DNA from: a virus
DNA length: 64,000 bases
Virus record (IMG/VR): IMGVR_UViG_3300032322_002033
Coordinates: 1-64,000 of that record
Strand: one strand, 5' to 3'
Shown piece by piece: positions 58,399 through 64,000 of the stretch. The notes beneath the pieces are model-generated. The model made no database searches. It had not been told where the DNA came from and saw only the letters and a list, made by a program, of their open reading frames with translations. Numbering within the stretch: the first letter of the stretch is position 1; every line of letters starts with the position of its first letter. Both the position numbers and the translations under genes were made by a program.

Positions 58399-59949
58399 AT
58401 GGGAAAAATAGTTAAAACATATGGAAATTTATCAGTATCCTCGACAGCTAATACCTTGTCCTTTACCTCAAATACAATAAATGGTGGGCTATTATTAGGG
58501 AATATTGATGCGTCATTTATAGGAACCGGAGATTCTTTGACTAACAAATCAAATTTTGTAACCAATATTGAATTTATTTATTTGTCAGGATTAACAGGTC
58601 ACGTGCAAACACAGATAAATGAAAAATCTTATAGTAGTCTGTCGTATCTAACAACTTTATCATCCCCAAACTTAATTAATTCAAAAATAATTTCCGCAGA
58701 TACTAATATAAAATTTGTAACAAGTTCAACAGAAATAGTAATTAATCAGTGGATAGGAGCGTTAGAATTCGGTTCAATTAGTGTATCAACATCGGGGGAT
58801 AGCTCATATTCTGTAAATAATTTAACTTTGACTGGTTGGAACGATGTATACCCTAATAGGGCATTACAAATTAAAATAAATCCTCTATGTGTCTTGAAAT
58901 TAACAGGTTTGGTTGGGGGTTCTGACGGCAGAATGGTAACAATAACAAATGTTGGGAATTTTTTAATAATTATTGAAAATTTAAGTCAGAATAGTAACTC
59001 TGACAATAATTTTTCACTTTACAATAAAACCAGTTATTTTTTGGGTAAGAATTCATCAATTAATTTTTTATACAATAATAATTTAAAAAAATGGGTACAA
59101 AATCTATCGTATCCTAATAACGAATTTTTAATTTACGATGATTTTACAAAGTCTTATTTTGCAGATATTACAACAACTTCATTATATTCAGGTTTAACTT
59201 CAGCATCAACACTATCAACAATAATTTATAGTGGTGGAACACAACCAGGAGCTACTTTTGTACCTGGATTTAGAACCTTTTCAGGATGTGCCACAGGTGC
59301 TGTCGAATTATATAAAAATTTTCAAAATAATTCAACAAATTCAACATCTTCGATATCTATAGGTTTTAGGGATAATTATAAAGGATTTCAATCTAAAACA
59401 GGATATTCTATGACAATTATTTCTAAATTCACCTCAATTAAAAACGTTCCCCCATTTTTAGGTCCTTTGGATAATTGGGCATTAACTTTAGGTACTAAAA
59501 ATGTTAATATTTTAACAAATTACTCAGCAACCACAAATAGTAATACCATATTTCCAAATTTTAATGGAGGTACTTTTTGGTTGTTTGATTATAGTGGTAG
59601 TCCACAATATGCAAGATTTGCGGTTCAGGACACTTCAAACTCAACAATCGTAAAAAATTCAACTTTTAATTTATTAGATATTACAGGTAACACTTTTAAA
59701 ACTTTTGGGGTTTATTCATTAACACCTTCAGGGTCTTCTTTTGGTAGTTCTACTTTTTTTTGGTGTGTAAATTCAGGAAGTTCTGAAAATTATATAATAG
59801 AGCCACCAATATTCCATACAGGAGGGACTATAAATGGATATCCTTCACTTACTTTTTACGGTGCTTACAATTATAGTGGTAATAGTAATTTTAATAATGT
59901 ATCTAAAATTGTTGTGGACAATTTTGGATTTGATTTTAAAAAAATATAA
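58399..59949 (+). CDS. Putative receptor-binding/fibre protein, paralog 2
   Basis: EFIYLSGLTGHVQTQIN, YPNRA, GLVGGSDGR. Confidence 0.65.
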   Translation: MGKIVKTYGNLSVSSTANTLSFTSNTINGGLLLGNIDASFIGTGDSLTNKSNFVTNIEFIYLSGLTGHVQTQINEKSYSSLSYLTTLSSPNLINSKIISADTNIKFVTSSTEIVINQWIGALEFGSISVSTSGDSSYSVNNLTLTGWNDVYPNRALQIKINPLCVLKLTGLVGGSDGRMVTITNVGNFLIIIENLSQNSNSDNNFSLYNKTSYFLGKNSSINFLYNNNLKKWVQNLSYPNNEFLIYDDFTKSYFADITTTSLYSGLTSASTLSTIIYSGGTQPGATFVPGFRTFSGCATGAVELYKNFQNNSTNSTSSISIGFRDNYKGFQSKTGYSMTIISKFTSIKNVPPFLGPLDNWALTLGTKNVNILTNYSATTNSNTIFPNFNGGTFWLFDYSGSPQYARFAVQDTSNSTIVKNSTFNLLDITGNTFKTFGVYSLTPSGSSFGSSTFFWCVNSGSSENYIIEPPIFHTGGTINGYPSLTFYGAYNYSGNSNFNNVSKIVVDNFGFDFKKI

Positions 59950-59950
59950 T

Positions 59951-61489
59951 ATGTCAGAAATAGGTCAAATAAGAGGAAGATTTGTTAGTTCAAACTTTAG
60001 TGGGTTTTCAAACAGTCTTAGTTCAACTACAATATCAGCCACTACTTTTTTTGGTAATATTAGTGCCAAATTTATAGGTACGGGTACAACAATTGGGGAT
60101 ACCCCAAATTTTGTGACTGACTTAGAATTTTCATATTTATCCGCAACGACCTCTAACATTCAAACTCAAATCAATACTAAAGCGAGAAAATTAGACCCAT
60201 TTTTAACTTATTCTTCAGAGACTAATTTAACAGATTACCGACAAATTTCGGCCGGAACAAACATAAATTTTACATCATCCACTACTAATTTTGGAATTTC
60301 TGCAAAATTTGATTTATTTAACCCAAATATAGTTTATGATACACCAACAATTCCCTCAAATAAAATAATTTTAGATTATTTCCCAAATGGGTGGTCTAAC
60401 ACCTATCCAAACAGAGCAACTCATTTAATAATTAACCCAACAGGAGTAACCCAAATATTTAATTTGAGTGCAAACACATTCGACTCACAATTAAATAGAT
60501 TTGTAACAATCACAAACGTTGGTAACTATGTAATAATATTAGGAGGTACCCCATCATCAAGGGTTGGAAAATTTGAGGGAATCCCCACAATAGTGATGGG
60601 TGGAATGGCAAATTCAAGTTACACAACTGGATTTTATTTAATGCCTAATAAAAGTGTAAGTTTCGTTTGGTATAATTTTAATTGGTATATGATAAATTCA
60701 TATTTGGCGGATAAACAATGCGGTCTGGATGCTAATGATTTATTTTTAGTTGTACCTGATACCGCAAATTCCCCTTTGAATAGCGGATTAAATCTACAGT
60801 CAAAAAACTACACAATGTGGTGTGACCCAAGTCTAACTCGTTCTTGTTTTGGTGGGGACCATGGTGCCCTCTTAAACGGATATATTGCATTTGGGGCACC
60901 AAATAACGGTTCGTGTTCTATAGGCTCTTTTTCTAATACCGCATTTCAATCTCAATCAGGTATGTCTTTTTTATACACAGTAATGACTAGAGCTAAATTT
61001 GTGGTGGATAATTATCGAACCACTAAAATATTTGGAACTCAAAATAGATTATCAACGACCTCATATACTGCATTAACAAATAATTTCCAAACCATCCCTA
61101 ATCTTGGTGGGGGGACATTTATGTTAAATGATTACAGACGTAACCAAAACTATTGGTCCATGTGCGTACAAACTCAAGATGGTTCTACAATTGTCTCATC
61201 GTCTACTTTGCCTTTTTCAGCATTGACCTCAGAAACTGTTGCGGTACATTTTGGATTATACACAATAAATCCATCAGGTAGTAGTTTAGGTAGTACAACA
61301 TTTTTTTGGAGAAAGACTTCCGACACGTATTGGACTATTGAAAATGAGATATTTCACACCGGTTCAACTATCAACGGTAACCCTTCATATGTATTATACG
61401 GGATTACAGGTAACAGCTCATCTATATCGACACGAGAATGTCAACAAGATTTGTATTATATGGGACACGCGGTTGGTTATTTAAATTGA
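59951..61489 (+). CDS. Putative receptor-binding/fibre protein, paralog 3
   Basis: EFSYLSATTSNIQTQIN, YPNRA; start re-called at ATG 59951, directly after the previous stop. Confidence 0.65.
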   Translation: MSEIGQIRGRFVSSNFSGFSNSLSSTTISATTFFGNISAKFIGTGTTIGDTPNFVTDLEFSYLSATTSNIQTQINTKARKLDPFLTYSSETNLTDYRQISAGTNINFTSSTTNFGISAKFDLFNPNIVYDTPTIPSNKIILDYFPNGWSNTYPNRATHLIINPTGVTQIFNLSANTFDSQLNRFVTITNVGNYVIILGGTPSSRVGKFEGIPTIVMGGMANSSYTTGFYLMPNKSVSFVWYNFNWYMINSYLADKQCGLDANDLFLVVPDTANSPLNSGLNLQSKNYTMWCDPSLTRSCFGGDHGALLNGYIAFGAPNNGSCSIGSFSNTAFQSQSGMSFLYTVMTRAKFVVDNYRTTKIFGTQNRLSTTSYTALTNNFQTIPNLGGGTFMLNDYRRNQNYWSMCVQTQDGSTIVSSSTLPFSALTSETVAVHFGLYTINPSGSSLGSTTFFWRKTSDTYWTIENEIFHTGSTINGNPSYVLYGITGNSSSISTRECQQDLYYMGHAVGYLN

Positions 61490-61514
61490 CAAACCCAAAT
61501 TTGTAAATTATAAT
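61486..61514 (+). promoter_or_regulatory. Consensus sigma70-type promoter for the DNA polymerase
   Basis: TTGACA (61486-61491), 17-nt spacer, TATAAT (61509-61514). Confidence 0.8.
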
Positions 61515-61534
61515 TAAACCAAAATAAGGTAAAC

Positions 61535-61552
61535 TCCGACCTATAATTCGGA
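61535..61552 (+). promoter_or_regulatory. 5'-UTR hairpin (5-bp stem, 8-nt loop)
   Basis: TCCGA-CCTATAAT-TCGGA, 25 nt upstream of the polymerase ATG. Confidence 0.45.
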
Positions 61553-61577
61553 AGCAAATACACCAAAAGTTTAATTT

Positions 61578-64000
61578 ATGATATCAAATGAAGAAATTGA
61601 GAATTTCCTACAAGGAAATGACGATGAGAAATACATCATCGGAGTAGAATACGATTACGTCAAAGATTGTGTTTGGAAAATTATTGAAGACCCTATTCAC
61701 GGAAAACTAATTAAAAAAGATACATTCATCCCATTTGCATGGGTTGGTGACTTACGTGGATTAAACTTTTATCAATCATCAAAAGCGTTACAGAAAGAAG
61801 CAATGACAAAACATAAGATTGTCATTGAAAAATTACGAACTGATGGTAATGAGCGATTAGAAAAAGGTTTGACATTTATGGTTAAATCCCTAAATGGTTA
61901 TCGTTCTCTTATTCAGTTTTTTAGAGATGGTGGAGTTGACCCTTGGGGTGAAAAGACCAAAGGACTTATCCTTATTCTACCACCTGTTGAGCAATTTCTA
62001 GTTACAAAGGAGAAACGACTATTCAAAGGATTTGACGATTACAATAGTATTACGAGGTTTGTATTTGACTTAGAGACGACCGCATTAGAACCAAAGGATG
62101 GTCGTATCTTTATGATAGGGATGAAAACCAATAAAGGTTTTAGTCAAGTAATTGAGTGTTCAACTGAAGAACAAGAAAGAGAAGGTATTATCAAATTCTT
62201 TAATACCATAGATGAACTTAAACCAAGTATCATTGCATCTTATAACGGATTTAACTTTGACTGGTTTTGGATATTTGAAAGAGCCAAGGCTCTAAAATTG
62301 GATATTAAGAAAGTTGCAAAAACTCTTAATCCAATTAACCCAATCAAACAATCTGAAAGTATGTTGAAACTCGCAAACGAGGTTGAAAGATTTAATCAGA
62401 CATCTATGTGGGGGTATAACGTTGTGGATACATTACATGCAGTTAGAAGAGCTCAAGCAATTAACTCATCTATTAAATCTGCGGGTTTGAAGTATATCAC
62501 CCAATATATTAAAGCCGAGGCCGCTGACCGAGTTTATATTGACCACACAGATATTGGTTCGTTCTACGCTAAGAAAGAAGAGTATTGGTTAAACATCCAA
62601 AACGGAAAATATAAGAAAGTGGGGATTGATACCTCAATTGATGAAGCGTGTTCCAAACATTCAAATGTTTATATTAAAACAACAGGTGATGATTTGGTTG
62701 AACGATACCTTGACGATGACTTGGAGGAAACTTTAACCGTAGATGAGGAATTCAATCAGGGTTCGTTCCTACTTGCGTCTTTGGTCCCAACAACATATGA
62801 AAGGGTTTCCACTATGGGAACTGCAACATTATGGGAAATTCAAATGAGAGCTTGGTCATACAAACATAATTTGGCAATTCCCGCAAAGAATGAAAAAACA
62901 GAATTTGTTGGTGGATTATCGCGACTACTTAAAGTAGGATACTCAACTGATGTATTGAAACTTGACTTCTCGTCACTTTACCCTTCAATACAACTTGTAC
63001 ACGATGTATTCCCAACTTGTGATATTACAGGAGCAATGAAAGGAATGTTAAATTACTTCCGTAATACTCGTATTAAGTATAAAAACTTGGCTAAAGAATA
63101 TGCCGATATAGATAAGAAACAATCGACATCTTATGATAGAAAACAATTACCGATTAAGATTTTCATCAATAGTATGTTTGGCGCGTTATCTGCACCACAG
63201 GTATATCACTGGGGTGATATGTATATGGGTGAACAGATTACTTGTACAGGACGACAATACCTTCGTCAGATGTTACGTTTCTTTATGAAACGAGGTTATA
63301 CTCCACTTGTATGTGATACGGATGGTATGAACTTCTCATTACCTGAAGGTGGTGTGGATGATAGAAGATACATTGGTAAGGGTAACAATTGGTTGGTTAA
63401 AGAAGGTAAGGAATACAAAGGTTATGATGCTGATGTTGCCGAGTTTAACGATATGTTTATGAAAGGTGCGATGGGTCTTGACTGTGATGGAACTTGGAAA
63501 TCTTGTATGAACATTGCTCGTAAGAACTATGCAACAATGGAACATAATGGTAAGATTAAACTTACAGGTAACTCAATTAAGAGTAAGAAACTACCACTTT
63601 ATATTGAGGACTTTTTGGACAAAGGAATTAAGATGTTGTTAGAAGGTGATGGTCAATCATTTGTTGAATGGTATTACGAGTACTTGGAAGTAATCTTTAA
63701 CCAACAAATTCCATTAATGAAGATTGCCCAAAGAGCAAAGGTTAAGTTATCAATTGACGATTATAAAAAACGTTCAAAGGAAAAGACCAAAGCTGGTAAT
63801 GAGATGTCTCGTATGGCTCATATGGAATTGGCAATCCGTGATGGTATTGCCGTGAGTTTAGGTGATGTAATATTCTATGTAAATAATGGTGTTAAAGCAT
63901 CGCACGGAGATGTCCAAAAGGTTAATAAACCTAAAAAAGGGTGGTCACAATCTGATTTGGATAATATGATGGAAGGATATGGTAAAATACCTCGTGAAAT
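61578..64000 (+). CDS. Family B DNA polymerase (partial, runs off the window; absent from the ORF track)
   Basis: Manual translation MISNEEIENF...: ExoI FDLETT, ExoII YNGFNFDW, DFSSLYPS, KIFINSMFG, CDTDG, RKNYA. Confidence 0.95.
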   Translation, partial: MISNEEIENFLQGNDDEKYIIGVEYDYVKDCVWKIIEDPIHGKLIKKDTFIPFAWVGDLRGLNFYQSSKALQKEAMTKHKIVIEKLRTDGNERLEKGLTFMVKSLNGYRSLIQFFRDGGVDPWGEKTKGLILILPPVEQFLVTKEKRLFKGFDDYNSITRFVFDLETTALEPKDGRIFMIGMKTNKGFSQVIECSTEEQEREGIIKFFNTIDELKPSIIASYNGFNFDWFWIFERAKALKLDIKKVAKTLNPINPIKQSESMLKLANEVERFNQTSMWGYNVVDTLHAVRRAQAINSSIKSAGLKYITQYIKAEAADRVYIDHTDIGSFYAKKEEYWLNIQNGKYKKVGIDTSIDEACSKHSNVYIKTTGDDLVERYLDDDLEETLTVDEEFNQGSFLLASLVPTTYERVSTMGTATLWEIQMRAWSYKHNLAIPAKNEKTEFVGGLSRLLKVGYSTDVLKLDFSSLYPSIQLVHDVFPTCDITGAMKGMLNYFRNTRIKYKNLAKEYADIDKKQSTSYDRKQLPIKIFINSMFGALSAPQVYHWGDMYMGEQITCTGRQYLRQMLRFFMKRGYTPLVCDTDGMNFSLPEGGVDDRRYIGKGNNWLVKEGKEYKGYDADVAEFNDMFMKGAMGLDCDGTWKSCMNIARKNYATMEHNGKIKLTGNSIKSKKLPLYIEDFLDKGIKMLLEGDGQSFVEWYYEYLEVIFNQQIPLMKIAQRAKVKLSIDDYKKRSKEKTKAGNEMSRMAHMELAIRDGIAVSLGDVIFYVNNGVKASHGDVQKVNKPKKGWSQSDLDNMMEGYGKIPRE

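Noticed and set aside
59834-59950. Hydrophobic N-terminal extension of ORF 59834 resembling a membrane anchor
   Set aside because: Overlaps the upstream gene; paralog alignment supports a start at 59951
61528-61564. GGTAAAC...GCAAA resemblance to a c-di-GMP-I riboswitch
   Set aside because: No GNRA tetraloop or second hairpin, and the leader is too short
63339-63545. 68-aa minus-strand ORF
   Set aside because: Antisense to the DNA polymerase
1-64000. Stop-codon reassignment as in some large phages
   Set aside because: Genes are full length and densely packed under the standard code; TAA, TAG and TGA all end genes at sensible boundaries
1-64000. tRNA, rRNA, integrase, intron or intein
   Set aside because: None recognised; intergenic gaps are short and the terminase, capsid and visible polymerase appear uninterrupted

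Overview
This AT-rich, gene-dense window comes from a large T4-like (Caudoviricetes) phage using the standard genetic code. (1) 0.2-9.5 kb: head module with large terminase, portal, prohead protease, acidic scaffold and major capsid protein. (2) 9.5-19.3 kb: small putative head-associated proteins, a free-standing HNH-type homing endonuclease, baseplate-like genes and a gp55-like sigma factor. (3) 19.3-37.5 kb: minus-strand operon of about 20 glycan-related genes (glycosyltransferases of several folds, glf, epimerase, WlbA/WlbB-like pair, two methyltransferases) mixed with phoH, dut, an exonuclease and a HAD phosphatase. (4) 40-61.5 kb: Ser/Thr/Gly-rich virion and fibre genes, with a second five-gene glycosyltransferase cluster led by a GT60-like protein GlcNAc transferase in their middle. 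(5) From 61578: a family B DNA polymerase that the ORF track missed. The best candidate for a new system is phage-encoded virion protein glycosylation, with a recurrent [ST]-[GAS]-x-T motif in the structural proteins as a possible sequon. Other notable signals are a TATTTAT late-promoter-like motif, a homing endonuclease with an insertion scar and start-codon hairpin, and a gp43-operator-like hairpin. Family assignments come from recognised motifs only; no database searches were run.
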